Shown here piece by piece: positions 47,120 to 63,805 of a stretch of 64,000 bases of DNA. The translations under genes and the position numbers were made by a program. The DNA is from Tubulanus polymorphus (taxonomy: Eukaryota; Animalia; Nemertea): the NCBI RefSeq assembly GCF_964204645.1, contig NC_134031.1, positions 16,665,807-16,729,806 of the forward strand, written 5' to 3'. Each line of letters opens with the position of its first letter. The stretch's first letter is position 1. The notes under the pieces were generated by a model that saw nothing but the letters and a program-made list of their open reading frames with translations, had not been told where the DNA came from and did not search any database.

Positions 47120-49605
47120 TTAATGTTTTCGTTTAGTCTTATAGCCATGAAAACGAACTTGTTTCTTGGGCTGTCCTAATTTTCCAGACGGCGTCGGACA
47201 AATCGAGGTATCGAGCGTTATTTCGTCGCTCTCATTTTGATATATCTCGATGTTTTCGCTGATATCGCTGTCACTGTGGTGATTCTCTTCGTGTGGAGTA
47301 GTAAGAGCGATCTCGTCTGCTGTTGGAGTTGTAAGCGGCTCGGGGACGGTAAACTTCTTCGCCGGTGTTTCTCCCGTTGTTTTGTTGAATAAACCTGGAA
47401 ATATTTCGTACGCGTTGCTACTAAGTTCGAGACAAGTTGGAACTGAATCATCGAGAGCCAGTAACAGTTCTTCAGCATTAGCTACTATTTTCTGTGATTT
47501 TAGATGCGCTTCGTTGGACTGAACGTCTGCATCAGTAGAGATATCGTTGATGTCCGAAGACAGTACTTCGTGTGGACTCAACTCTTCACTGGAGTTCCCG
47601 ACCACGGCTTCCTTATTTTCAACTTCCGATGATTCCGCCATTGCCTCAATACAGTCCATCGTTTTCATAGAATGGCCAGCTGGTATTTTGTCATCTTCCG
47701 TGTTTTCCTGCACGTTTTCGCACGACGACACATTTGACGTCTGGTGGTCGTCGTTGTTAAGTTGCGAAAGGTCGAGAGAAGGAATTTCATCCAGCACTTT
47801 ATTAACAGATTTCTCAATCATGTTGTCCACGAATATTTCTACCGAAGGCGAGGATGTCGGTTTTACTTCAGTCGTTTTTGCGTCTTCGTCGCTGAAAGTC
47901 ACGAATTCGAAATCATCGAGATCTGGTACACGTGGTATTTGAACCACGTGATGAGTCTTCTCGTCTGTCTCGTGGCTTTCTACCTTCCCTGTACGGTCAG
48001 TGACGATGATCGACGCTGTTAATTCAACTTCTTCTGTACTTTCTATTTTCTCGTTTTCTAGAATGTTAGGTTTCCTTTTCAGTGAAAAATCCATGTTCTG
48101 TGTACAAGAGTCACTAACTGTAATGATAGCGTTGGTTTGATGAGAATTTCTACGCGGTTCGGATGAATGCGAGAATTGTTCGGTAACAATCGCCGAGGTT
48201 TTTCCGTGAAACATCGTCGTTGTCATCTGTCCTCCACGTTCGTGACTTCGATTGCGAGATGCTTTACGCATCGCTTGCAAAATCTCCTGACGATCTTTGT
48301 CTTTGAAGGCTATTTCCAAACTATTCGACTTTTGAAAAAACGCATTTTCGCTAGTTCGCCTCAGGTGCTCCAGCCAGAAGTCGTGTGGATTGTCGGTTGA
48401 TGAATACGTTCCGCGCGATGGACGCCTATTTGGATCTTGTTGGGTATACATACAATACGGAGTGGTAAGATTTTGAGCTTTCACTTTTCTAGAGCTGTAT
48501 TGATCGTAGTGATTTTTGAAATCCGAATGAAAATCAGGCGCGTGGACAAGGAATTTTTTCTCAAGCGGAGGAAGCCGAGGTGATGCGTTTAGTTGCGAGA
48601 AATCATTCGTGTTGTCCGTTGTTCGTTTGACAAAATTAGAATTTTCTGGCGACGAAGGCGGCGTCAAACCTGAAACGAAGATTACTTTTCATGAAATATT
48701 GGAATGAAAATTGTTCGCATAGGTTTAATGAGCTTTTAAGTTCTATAAATGACATTATATTGATCACCGGCAACTAAAAGATTTCCTATTGATCTGCAAT
48801 GCATATCGTCTGTAGTGCCTTAGTAGCATTTCAACAACGCTTTCTTCGATGCATACGTTTTTAGGTATACTGCCATACCACGTACCAGTAAGACTAGCGG
48901 CATTATCTTCAAGAAATTCTTCCATTAAGATAACTTACTTTCTGGTCGACCCCTTATCACAATCGGGGTTTTTCGATCGGTTGTGACATCGCGATCCGAT
49001 TGCGTTGTTTTGCGTTTCTTCTTTCGTTTCATTCGTTTTTTGCTCTTTTGTTGTCTCCTTTGCTTGCCGCAGTCGGAGTCGGAAACGTCGGCCTCGTCCG
49101 AGCAAGTGGCAGGGGTGACACTACCGCGCCGAGGTTTTCTCGAATCGCGCTGCGATGAATCCAGACGTAGCCCGGGTTGATTTTGGTACCTGCTGGTTAG
49201 CTCAGGACTTGATCTGCTAGTTGACGCATCGCGACTGCTGCTCTGGATCGAAGATTCCTCCGTTTCCGTATAACTCATATCTTTGTTAGTTACACTCTTA
49301 TCTGGCATTTTTTCTCCCGAAGGAGCGGCAACTCGTGGACGCCGCTTACTCCTTCGTTTCTGTTTGCGACCGGCGCTTTGTAATCCGGTTCTCGATTTCA
49401 GACGACCTCTCGTTTCTTTGGAACGTTTCGTTGTTTTCACCACAGGATGTCCGCCAGATAATCCCAATTCATCCGCGGACGGGGAACGATATCCTTCCAA
49501 AAACGCGTTCTCTTTCGTTTCCGGTCGAAGTCCAGTCGACTGTAAACAGGTATCTTGTTTCGTTTCGACACGGTGTCTTCGTTGTCTGTGGTTTGTCCGC
49601 GTCAT
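47120..49605 (-). CDS. uncharacterised low-complexity protein (~738 aa): basic N-terminal half, acidic C-terminal half, C-terminal RVxF
   Basis: Exons 49605-48939 and 48669-47120 join in frame (phase 1; GTAAGT donor, TTCAG acceptor). The 515-codon and 226-codon open frames are too long for chance in AT-rich DNA. An upstream exon probably ends at 50096 (TAG|GTAAG). Confidence 0.72.
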
Positions 49606-50776
49606 TACTGTCCAAACATCGAAAATATATTTGCGTCAAACAAATGATCAAAATAACAAGGGTTCTGATATGCTCTTTACTCTGTAATTATGCCAACCCA
49701 TTAGCTTGGGTTGGATTAAACTACACGCGTACGTCTTATTAATGGTAACACTAAGCCAATGGTTATATTAGCATTTACGTATATATACTGAGGCTGTTGC
49801 CAATGTCTGCAATAATGATTAAAATCCGACAATAGATCGGGCTGCAGTCTCTCATTATGATCAGAGGAAAATATATACATCGATATATTGGCATTGCGTT
49901 GATGATCTCGGAAGTTAGACTCAGCTCTGTCGTACGTGGTATCTATATGATCCGATACATGTATCATATCTCATCATATTACGTAATTAGTTCGTAGCTA
50001 GGTCTCATTCAAAATTGACCAGCTTCTATAACAGTTCACTTAAACTATGAGAAATTAGGTCCAGTACACTAATCAAATTATAAAATACTTCTTACCTAAT
50101 GAGTGGTATTTCTTCGTTCGCCCATGTTAGTCTCTGGTGACAATCCACAGCAACGCGTTACCAACGATACTGTACTCAGCCGCCACTAGATCCGCCGTTG
50201 CTATGCTATTTTATAGTTTCTGATTTTCACCGTCTCGGGAAACTAATCAGGGGCCAGGTGTTTTTATTTTATAAAGGCCAGGGTTCGCAAAATTATTCAC
50301 ATTCTATTGGCGAATGATCTGTCGGATGTGAATTTTGAGTCAGGACGATTAGAACTACGTATTTTACCACCGAGTGCCAACCCGACAGTATTTTCATTAC
50401 GCCGTATTGGCGTGTTTAGTGCAGTCTTCGTGTCGAGGGGTAAACCCGGGACTCTAAAACGAACTGAGTTCTTCGTTTTCTACACCGAGAGCAAACCAGA
50501 ATTTTCCGTTCTTTGTTGGCTTCGAAAAATTAACTTAGATTTATTTTTGCATTGTCAATAATAAGTTACCGGGGGAAAAGATATAATGTTTTGCACACTA
50601 TGGTCCGATGTCCCTCACCTATTTATGGACAATAAAGTACTTGAATTTGAATTTATCCTAATCCGCGTTTTACTTTTACGCAATAAAAAGATGGTTGCCC
50701 CTTGAAAAATATTTAGTCGAAGACAATAATCGCCTAATTTGTTCTTGATTGGTGAACATCAAAAGCAACTCCAACT

Positions 50777-51226
50777 ATGGAATATATAGGTGAAATCGTA
50801 TATCTGACTCTGGCCGCATTTTTATGGGGTTTTACGAATCCGATGTTAAAACAAGGCGGAGAAGGGATCGAAAGGGTGAAGAAGTCGAATCGAGTCTTCC
50901 AGTTTTTAGCAGAACTGAATTTTCTCGTGTCAACCGGACGCTTCATGATTCCGTTCCTCATGAATCAAGCCGGATCGATTGTGTTTTTCCTGACGTTACG
51001 AACGGCTGATTTAGCGCTGGCTGTGCCGATTACGAACGCGTTGACGTTCGTTTTCACGATCATTTCCGGATACGTGATCCTCGACGAGAAAGTCAGCAAA
51101 CAGACGTTCATCGGAATGTTGATGGTCGTTACTGGTGTATTTTGCTGCGTTATTGGTTCGCGTGCATTCGCGGGTCGAGTCGACGGCCCCGACCATCCTT
51201 GTCCCAACAGTGGTGGACATTCATAG
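50777..51226 (+). CDS. TMEM234: Transmembrane protein 234 (DMT/EamA-like)
   Basis: Signatures LWGFTNP.LK, PFLMNQ.GS..FF and LALAVPITNALTFVFT. Single coding exon, 149 aa. Confidence 0.92.
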   Translation: MEYIGEIVYLTLAAFLWGFTNPMLKQGGEGIERVKKSNRVFQFLAELNFLVSTGRFMIPFLMNQAGSIVFFLTLRTADLALAVPITNALTFVFTIISGYVILDEKVSKQTFIGMLMVVTGVFCCVIGSRAFAGRVDGPDHPCPNSGGHS

Positions 51227-52051
51227 AATCAACTTTACTGCTATTAAATCCTTCATAATTTTGTATAGAAATATTTAGAAAATATACGTATGACGTCTAT
51301 ATTATAAGAAATAGTTTTATTTCATGTCTGTTGTCCGGCAGGTGACAGTTCAATTGTAACAGTGAAATTCTGAGGACACCAGGATATGTCAGCATAAAAC
51401 TCGATAAATTATCTTAATAATGGTACAAAATTTAAAGTTTGTTTAAACTGATTAATCGATGTCCAAATTTCTTGTAAGGAAGCCCCACTGTACTATGAAC
51501 AACTAGCCTGATCTGAAGATTTTGATCCAATTATATTCACACTGGGAGTTATCTATAATTATGAAGGTACTCTAGTCCCGGAAGTTTGTTATCAGCCAGG
51601 TGACTGGATAACCTCAGGATGAACCAAATATTTACATGCGGGATATGAATTATCTTCTAATATCATGAACAGATATTTTGGTCTCAGATGTTTGTCGCGA
51701 GTAGGTTCACGTCGTCCTTTGAGTCAAACCACTAGACCATCTTCTGTTATCGGACTTAGTGGAACTAAGTGAAATTGAATGTCAGTTAGAAGGAACCACA
51801 GCCTGGAAATGGTCAACAGGGGATTGAGCACTGACGCTGTATTTAGAACCTATTTCTAACATGGAAGACACTGTGAAATGCGTTATGACTGAACTAAGTG
51901 TTAGGGTTATAAGTTTTGACCACTAGTCGACTAGTTATGAAAACTGAAGTTCGCCCTGACTTGCTGGAAGATCTGTTTGTATTAAACAACTCATGTTTCC
52001 TCGTGAATTGATGTAAGAACAAGGAGAAAGATTCGAGAATACAATATTTCG

Positions 52052-54928
52052 TCATAGGGTTTTATTATCGTTTTTCGTAAATGCTACGATGATAACAGAA
52101 ACATTGTCACCGCTGAGACGTCTGACCGATTCTAATGCAATCTGTGAACACGCTGTACTGTACAGTAGAGATTCATCATCTTCACCCTGAAATAATCGAT
52201 AACGTCTACATCTAGATTACACTAGAGTAAGTGTAATGCAGTAAACTTTTAGACTAGAATGATTTGTAATACAGTAGATTCTGCTTTAATCGGTAGCAGG
52301 TATGGATTGCCAAACAAGAGTAAGGTAGAGTCTACTGTGATACATCAATTTGTGCCAGTCAAACATAGTTGAGACAATAGTTATGTTGGCTAATTTGATC
52401 CATACCTTCTCAAATATTTTGTCGATAAATTGAATCGCTTCCTGTGGTTTGAAACTTTTCCAAAGTCCATCGCAAGCAATGATCAGATACCTATGGATAG
52501 ACAGAACGAACATTATCCATTATGATATAGAAACATCTTTTTCACCTTGATGTGCCTGGAAAACAGTTAGCAATAAAGGCTTACCTGTCTCCATCTGTGA
52601 GTTGACAGCGTCTGATATCTGGGACAGAGGAAACCCCGAAACGTTTATAGGGACCATCACCAAATGAACGAGAAACTTCTAATATTCCATTCACGCGACC
52701 TTCCCTGGTTATGTATGAGAATTGGGTAAAATTATCTAGAGATTTTCAAACCCAAAACTTTCAGCCAATGGACGTGTATAAAATCCGAAAGCTTACTTAA
52801 CAGTGCCTCCAGCTTTCTGTATTCGTTGTCTTTCTTCGTACGCTATCGGACTATGATCTTTAGTAAGTGTTATAGGTATCGTTTCTTTAACATCATTTTG
52901 TCGACATAAAACAGCCTTGACAATAGAAATAAGCCATTCTAGATCTACCGAGTACAGGATTCTTCAAACATTTATCGCGATCCACCTATCGATTACTTAC
53001 CGTACTGTCACCAATGTTAGCTATATACAGCGTATCGTTTACTAGTAATACTGTCGTGGCAGTTGAACCATCTTTCCATTGAGGTTTTCTACAAATACAT
53101 ATAGTATACAAGTTACGATTGTCTATCATAGAATCAATTTAATAAGAACATCATTAGTCCTACAACTGACTGTTTGGCAGCTTCTTTGAGAAATTCTTCA
53201 TCCGTTTTTTTGTACACTTCTAACATACATTTCTTCATATCTTTCTCCAATTGCGTTAAATCGCCTGCAATAAATCAGATTGTAAGATGATACGGTTAAT
53301 ATTATTTTCTATGAACACTATTTGTTCGATTTTAGATTTTGAAATTTACTCCATTACCCTTTGGGAATTTCTCAGTCAGGTTGATATGCAAATGTTTAGC
53401 AGCGTAGTTTGAGGCTCGTTTTCCACCATGTCCGTCATACACAGCATAAAAACTCAGGCGACTCCTAGTAACAAGAAAAACATTGAAATTTGTAACAAAT
53501 CATTTTTGCTGTATTAAAAGAGGAATCAGAGCACTAGAAATTTTGTAATATATATAATTTTTATATTTGTTACTCAGAGGCGGATTGGATCTTGATTCTT
53601 ACTTATAAATCCTTGAATGGTCAGGCCCCACAATATTTGAAATCATAAGTGCAATACAAGGCATCCTCTAGAGTGTTAAGATCAAACAGTCAATCACTTC
53701 TAGTCATCCCTCGTGTCAATCTAGTCTCTGCGGGTCACAGGACCTTTTCTTACTCCGCCCCACTACTATGGAACTCCTTACCAGATGCAATTAAATCTAG
53801 TCCTTCTACTGACGTTTTTAAATTGCAACTTAAAACCCATTTGTTCACTAAAGCTTTTAACTAATGATGTAAATTGTTTTTTCTATCTTAATGTTTAAAT
53901 TGTATTTTTATATTGTAAAGCCAATGAGCATATTTTATATGGATTTTAGGCTCAATAAATTATTATTATTATTATAATTATTATTATCTAGGGTCTGATT
54001 CAGGAAGGTGCACCCTCAAAATAGGGCATATTCAATTAAAAGGGCACCCCATAAGAAATCTCATCAGAAAACTGGTATTTTGGAAATACAGAGAAGCTTA
54101 TGAATTTAAAATTTTTAGGTATCAATTTAGTATTTTTTTGTTAAACTTCAGGGCAACTTGATATTTCTAGGAGGGGGGTAGGCACCCCCTGCGCCCTCCC
54201 CTTGGATCTACCCCTGCTGTGATGAGTAAAACTTACACATCATGATTTGATCGAATGACCTGCGGTTTGAAATCATCAATAATAACATGGCTATCTTGCA
54301 TTTCATCGCGTTCACCTTGTAAACTCGCGCAAAAACTTTTCACTCTGTAACAAACTACCAAATGAGAATACATCCAGTGAAAAAGTGTTTTCACAATATA
54401 TTTCATCCCAACATAATAACATGTATATACGAAAGCAATTTATATAAAGTTTTTCTGTTTTTACCATTGACTCTGAATCGTTTTTCTTTGTTACTGATCT
54501 CGTGATTATCATCAGTAGATTTTCGTTTCGACTCATTTCTGTCGTTGGCACCATCGATATTAGCTGCAATTTTTTCTTCTCGTGCCACCGCGGATTCTGG
54601 TGGCAAATCATCAAATATTGACCCTTCATTGTTTGGGACCTGTAGTGTCTGAATTGGTGGGTATTTATCCGGCAATTTCTTAGCACCTATAAATATACAT
54701 AAATCAACAAATATCAGTCAGAATCAGAACCAAAAACTAGGGACAGTCATTAAATCAGACAGACAGACAGTGAAGCGCGAAAATTCTTTGACTTCTTTGA
54801 CCATTCACATTCTTATTAACAAAGTTGCTAGCAACTGATGGGGAATGTCCTAAAATCAGTAATTTTTATTTCTCGGTTTTGTACATCTATTTACCATTTG
54901 GTTCAGGTAGGTCGTCAAATAGGTCCAT
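52052..54928 (-). CDS. ILKAP: Integrin-linked kinase-associated Ser/Thr phosphatase 2C
   Basis: N-terminus MDLFDDLPEP. PP2C motifs GERDEMQD, FYAVYDGHGG, WKDGSTA, NIGDS, KDHSP..YEERQRIQKAGG, LEVSRSFGDG, IIACDGLWK and GDNVSV, spread over ~10 GT-AG exons. Confidence 0.93.
53576..53987 (+). mobile_element. 5'-truncated LINE (L2/CR1-clade) 3' end
   Basis: ORF2 C-terminal motif TYKSLNGQAPQYL...LRS...G.RTFSYSAP.LWNSLP......S...FK..LKTHLF, with an in-frame stop. Followed by AATAAA and an (ATT)n tail. Antisense in an ILKAP intron. Confidence 0.85.
53989..54216. mobile_element. hAT-like MITE (GGGGCGGATCCAGG-type ends)
   Basis: TAGGGTCTGATTCAGG...CTTGGATCTACCCCTG. Relatives at ~25986 and 59449-59732. 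Confidence 0.55.
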
Positions 54929-55348
54929 TAAAATGGCAATATATATATAAGCAGATTTCGCTAAAATAATGTAATTCAAGTATTCAATGGACCGTCCACC
55001 ATTTTGAATTTTTTGCGATGGTCACATGACTGAATGTGAACCGGTTCCGCTTCGATGGCGTATCCCAGTACCCGATAGTGGTGATCAGGCTCGAATCCTA
55101 GGTTTTCTATAAGTCCCTGAAATAACTTTTGTGGGATATTCATTTTCTTAGGATGAATATAATCACCATAAGGTGATATAATGAAGTTCCTAGTTTATAG
55201 TTACTGAATATGATGCACATGATTAACCTAGACATGTACTTCCGCGTTCGTCCCTGGCACGCGAGGATGAATCCGGCGTCCCGATTGGCTCAAACGCCCG
55301 TCTCTGCCATATTGTTACTTCCTTGTTGGGACAGCACTTCAAATAATC
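54929..55348. promoter_or_regulatory. candidate bidirectional promoter between ILKAP and CAPZB
   Basis: Only 420 bp separate the divergent ATGs. Contains the near-palindromic E-box GTCACATGAC (55021), YY1-like CCATTTT/GCCAT motifs, and CCAAT on the reverse strand (GATTGG, 55283). Confidence 0.55.
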
Positions 55349-58441
<3,093 letters not shown>

Positions 58442-61309
58442 CGACCTCGACGACGTCGGTGCTATTTATTATTATATTTAGTAAAACGATAGTAATCAAT
58501 TAGAAACAGAAGAACGACGTCACGCACGTTTAATGATCTACGACAGATAACGAATTTGACCGGGGCCTATCGTTTTGAATCAGTTTATATCGTGGAAATG
58601 GGTTTCAGTTTATATTTTGCCATGACAACCTATTCTAACTGCACCTGTGCTGCTAACAAGTTACCCTAGTCTGCGTCTAGAGACAGCGTTTATTATCCAT
58701 TGTGAAGTAACGGCGTAAGTCAGAAAGTTGTCCGTATTTAATAATCTCTGCTGATGAATCGTTTTATGTTTCGTGATTTTCACATTTCGGCTTTGAATGC
58801 GTCAAGTTCATTAATTTACCCTATTTCTGCTTAATCAACTCGGTCCCATTTTAGTTGATATAGATATATGAATTATTTTTTTAACCAAACCCATGATCAA
58901 CAGTCAGAGTAGGAGTTGGCTGTTTTTACGATAGTTACATTGATGGTGTTGAATTTCGATTATATTTTATTAAATTATAAAGGTCAACTCTCGTATTCAG
59001 TTTGTTATTTGTATGAACTAACAGGCTAGCCAAATATTAATTACTTATAACATGGAAATAATTTGAGCCTTACTGATTTGCAGTGACTTGATTTCCATAG
59101 TAACGATATGGGGATATCGATTTTCTGGGGGATTTTCATCTGCCATAAGTTTGCGAAGATTCTCAGAATTTTAGCCAGGCCAAATTTTTTTTTAGCCAAG
59201 TAGGTTAACCTTTTTTTTAGCACGAACATCATTTCGTAAACTTCTTATTGTATTCCAACGACACGGTACGAACATTCATTAAGACTAGTCTAGACTTTTG
59301 TTAATTCCCACTCGTGGTATTATCAAATCATAAACCTGCCTAATCGTACGCAATCAAAAGTAAACTTATGAAAAATTGTACATTCACTTAGAATTGATAC
59401 CCGATATACAATTCCTTAATGGTGAACTAAATGTGTAAAGTAAAGCCTCAGATGCGGATCCAGGCGTAGACTTTGACAGGAGCATTACGAAATGAAAAGG
59501 GCATATACACTGGAGAAGGACAAGTTAGTATCCAGGCAGCCAAAAGCAGCCAAGTGTCTTGAAAATTTTCTAAGTTCAGTGCAACAATTTCTAAACGCTT
59601 GAGGGACATTTGATAGAATATAAGCTAAATCTTGTGCTGCAGACTGCTGTCTTATTGTCTGGAAAAAGTGCCCTGAAATATTGCTATTGTATTCTCAACA
59701 CGGCCTTGAGCTCCCATCTGGATCCGCCATCGAGCATTCTGTAGTACTTTTCATTCGCTGTTCGTATTGTTTCTTGCTTACGCAGGGATGACTGTATTTT
59801 ATATTATTATCATTATTATTATTATTATATGATTATTTGCTATTTCACTATTGATTACTCTGCATGTGCGTTGTACAGATAATTATTGTTTGTACTGAAT
59901 AAAAAACAAGAAGCAAACAAACCAAAAATACTTGGAAAGAGAAACTAATTAATTTTCCGTTAGCCTAGATTTATCTCTCTGCCTATATAGATATATACAT
60001 ATATATGCGATGAAGTATTCCTGAATTTAGCGAGCTACGTACGTGCGGCGTCCAGTTTCAGACAACTGTGCTATGAATGATTTATGTTTTGGTGCCATTC
60101 CAGTTGGAACATTCCGGAATAGTGCGATGATCTCTTTCACTCCTTTTGTTATACTCCGTTCTTGAATAAGAATGATGTTCCGCTTCTATTTAATTTGCAG
60201 AAATTTCAGAATATTTTCCTTTGAGAATTTTCTTATCAGAACAATGAACCTCAGAAAACGAAATCAATTGTTTGCTTAGAAAATTCCCCTGTCTTACTAA
60301 GTATTACTTAAATGTTTTTCGATTAGATCTTGATTTAATGCGATCAAAACGTAATTTGCAAGTCTGTTTGTATCCTTTTATAGAGCACTGTCTTGAAATG
60401 TTTTCACCTTGCAAAAGCCATTTATCTGGAAGAAAATGCTGATGTATTTTTTGGGGTCCAATGATTATTTCTATAGTACATGTACTTATAATGATGGATG
60501 AAGAATTTTGTATGTAACGCATCCATAGTAAAAATGTCTATGTAAAAAAATTAAAGTCATTATCATAGTCTAACTAAATAAATAATACATATGTACAGTT
60601 AATTGATTTAGTTTATGATTTGAATTGTTTTGTTTGCTGAGCAACTGCCTGGTGGAGAAAAGCTGGCTATGAAATACTATGAGGATGGACTTCAAAGATT
60701 CCCAATTAACTTTGATACACAAGAATTAACAATATTGTCTATGGATTGATAAACACAAGTCTCAATAAATCTGTAGGCTGGATAATAATGCAAGCAAGAA
60801 ATGGTCACTGATTAATTAGTTGATAAATCTTTATTTTTGAAATGAGGGTAGGTGAGGGTAGAACGCCGGATGATAGATTAGACGCAATTTTTTCTTAAGA
60901 CCGTATACTGCTGCCACCCAACGGCTCCACCCTAAACTATGTATAAAAACAAATGAAGAGATAAATTTAGACTTCACGTCAGCTGTTCCACAGAATAATA
61001 TTCTTTGAACATGAAAACAAAGGATCGAGATCAAAAATATGGTGGATAGTATTTTAAGGTTTCCAACTAATGATTTCCTAATAATTGAATAGACGAAATT
61101 TCGGAGTAGGGTAGGCCTAGTATTTATATTTTGTTGATTGATTGATAGGCCTAGATTAATTAAACCTTCACCGACCAAGCAGCAACAAGCTGTGATTTTT
61201 GTTCTCCCGATTTGATAATATTTTTCTGAATTCTTCCTTCAAGGAGACGGAGTGAGAAGACGTTGAGGAAACCTACCGTCATTCGCGTCGGATCTCTAAC
61301 GTGAGAAGA

Positions 61310-63805
61310 ATGCCGTTTAGATTAAATCGACACGGCCACAGCGCTGCTGGTCCCCTGAACATCGATGCTACGATCGGATCGGATTCAGACCTCGAGGATG
61401 AACATGAAGAACTAATGATGAATGGCGAAGTTAATAGTCGGCCACCTGGTGTCCGTTTCGTCAATCATTCAGTCGTCCCTCCGAATCGACCGTGTGCGAA
61501 CTTCTGTCGAAAAGCGGCCATTTTCGCTTTGACGAACACGTTCGTGTCTATATTTCTGTTGTTGTTCGGGGTCGGGCTATCGCTGGGACCCGGATTATGG
61601 AGTCTGATCTCGTTGGAGCCCAAAATGACGATCGACAAATCTCTGAAAGCGTTTACGATACCGAATCATAAAGTGATGAAACACGCGGACGCGTTAATCG
61701 TCGCCGTTCAACATTCGAGTCGATTTCGCAAACGAAGGAACGTTCGCAGCGTTGCCGATAGCGACGACAGCCCGAGCGACGTACCGGTTGGTCATCCCGC
61801 TGCGAGTTCCGCGCTGAAATTTAGAAATCGACCGTCGGTTTTGAAGAACAGGCAAATCGAAGAAGGAATCGATTTATCCGTACGGAATCACCCGGATAAT
61901 GAATTTCCTTTCGCAAGAACTTTTAGGTAGGCCTAAATCTGAATGTTATTAGCTGTTGAAATTATTTTCAAAAGTCAATAATCAGGGTGGTGGTCTACCT
62001 GGAAATCAGGGAATTTTTTTTTTTTTCGTTAAAAATGTCAGGGATTTTTGTAAAAAACCTTAACACCTTAAAGTCTTAGTAAATTGATGAGATTGCTAGA
62101 TTGTGTGTAAAATCAAACAGTTTCCGTCTATGTCTTATGTATTTGTGTTAGTTGATTGAATTCTTAACAGATCAAGTCAGGGAAAACAATGTGCCTGTCA
62201 GGGAACAGTCAGGGGAAAAGAAAAACAAGTAGAAAAAAGCGGCTACCCTTTGTCAGATCGACCAACGAAATATTTATTTGTCATTTATTTCAGATTTACT
62301 CAAAGGCAGTTGAGATGGCGATTACAGCTAGCTTACGTCGCACGCGACGAAAATCAAAATATATTCACGGCCGAACACCTGGCGGCGATTCACAAAATCG
62401 AACGCGCCATCATCGAACACAAACAATTTCCCGATTTCTGTTTAAAACTGGGAACTACGGTTAAAAACGACGACCCCGTTTTGCGGCACTATAAAGGCTG
62501 CTCGCCGCCGAATTCGTTACTGTCGTATTTCTATCCGTCGAAAGATAAAAACGGCGTGTTGCACTACGACGGTCTCGGCAGTCAACTGATCAACGTCGAG
62601 AGCGCGTTACGATTCGCGATGACTCACGATTCGTTTTATTATTTCGTCGGCGACCAGTTCAATTCCACTGAGCGTAAAGGCAATCTTATTCATACGGAGA
62701 TCGTGTTCGGCGCTCCTTTGAGAGGTAAGTTTGAGACGTTGTTCCGACTCTTCTCACAGTGCCAGATAGGAAAACTTGGCGTAATTTCGCAATGATATTT
62801 TCCTGTTCGGAAATGTGATAGACTTTCCTCTGATCCAGGACCACCCTTTTGAAAATCAGCCACTACCTGAGTGGATGTCAATATACTTTCAATACTGATA
62901 ATAAATTGCTGTGAAATATATTGAGCTAATGTGAAAATAGAAGATTACACCAAAGTCAAACGAAAATGTTCGTTTTTTGGGGGGGATTGAAAGCCTTGCT
63001 ACTTCAGCTGCCCCGATGTCATACGCTTAACAATGAATGAAGCCCCTTTAAAAGAATTCCAGCATATGGAGAACACTGGCGTTTGCTATGAATTGATTAA
63101 AAACATCTTTTCTCTAGGTTATCTTGGTATTAGTGATCGAAGAGAGGAACAAGACTCAAGATTCAGGGATTTCATTATAAGTTATATCGATTTATTCAAG
63201 AAAGCTTCAACCGAGTAGGTCCAACTCTTACTGTCTAACGCTATCGAAAACCATATCTACCCAGACCTGACCTACAACTATTCGAGAGTAGTTTCTACCC
63301 TTTCTAAGAGCTCTACTCTCAAAAATATCAAAATACTCTCATAATCAGAATAATTTTTAGTTCAATTAGAATTTAACTATTATTTAGACATTAAAAATAA
63401 CTCTGATTCGTAGTTAAAACTAGTAGAATTAGAAATATCAGGTGTTCTGGTCTGAATCTATACTTCAATTTAAATATTCCAGTCTGCCGAATTTTCGAAT
63501 GTAAATTTTTCATTGTCGTTTGAAATGTTTCAGTAAAGTATTGGTATTGTACGGAGGCGGTGAGATATTTGACTACGAGGTCGATCACACGTTCTGGAAC
63601 GACATGCACCTCGCCGAGTTCAGTTTCGCGTCGATAGTCATCATCATGTTGGCGTTGACGTCGTTTTCGCTGTGGCTCACGTGGTGGGGAATCGTGTCGA
63701 TCGTGCTCAGTTTCCCGATGTCGATATTCTTCTATCGAGTCGTGTTCGGTATTACGTCGTTGGGGATATTGAACGGAGCCGCCGCGTTCGTCATTATAGG
63801 CATCG
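61310..63805 (+). CDS. DISP3: Dispatched homolog 3 (patched domain-containing 2), 3'-truncated by the window edge
   Basis: Exons 61310-61926, 62294-62724, 63118-63213 and 63533-63805. Motifs NIFTAEHLAAIHKIE, CSPPNSLLSYFYPS, EIVFGAPL and VLYGGGEIFDYEVDHTFWNDM...LGILNGAAAFVIIGI (start of the sterol-sensing domain) match recalled DISP3 sequence. Confidence 0.92.
61983..62250. mobile_element. hAT-like MITE (CAGGGTGGCCAC family)
   Basis: CAGGGTGG..CTACCTGGAAATCAGGGAA...GCGGCTACCCTT. Reverse-complement homolog of the 23034 and 24205 copies. Confidence 0.7.

Noticed and set aside
53649-53864. 71-aa ORF as a nested host gene
   Set aside because: It is the C-terminal remnant of a LINE ORF2 with an upstream in-frame stop.
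55060-55103. tRNA-like GGCTCGAATCC motif in the ILKAP/CAPZB promoter
   Set aside because: It is only a B-box-like match; no cloverleaf could be formed.
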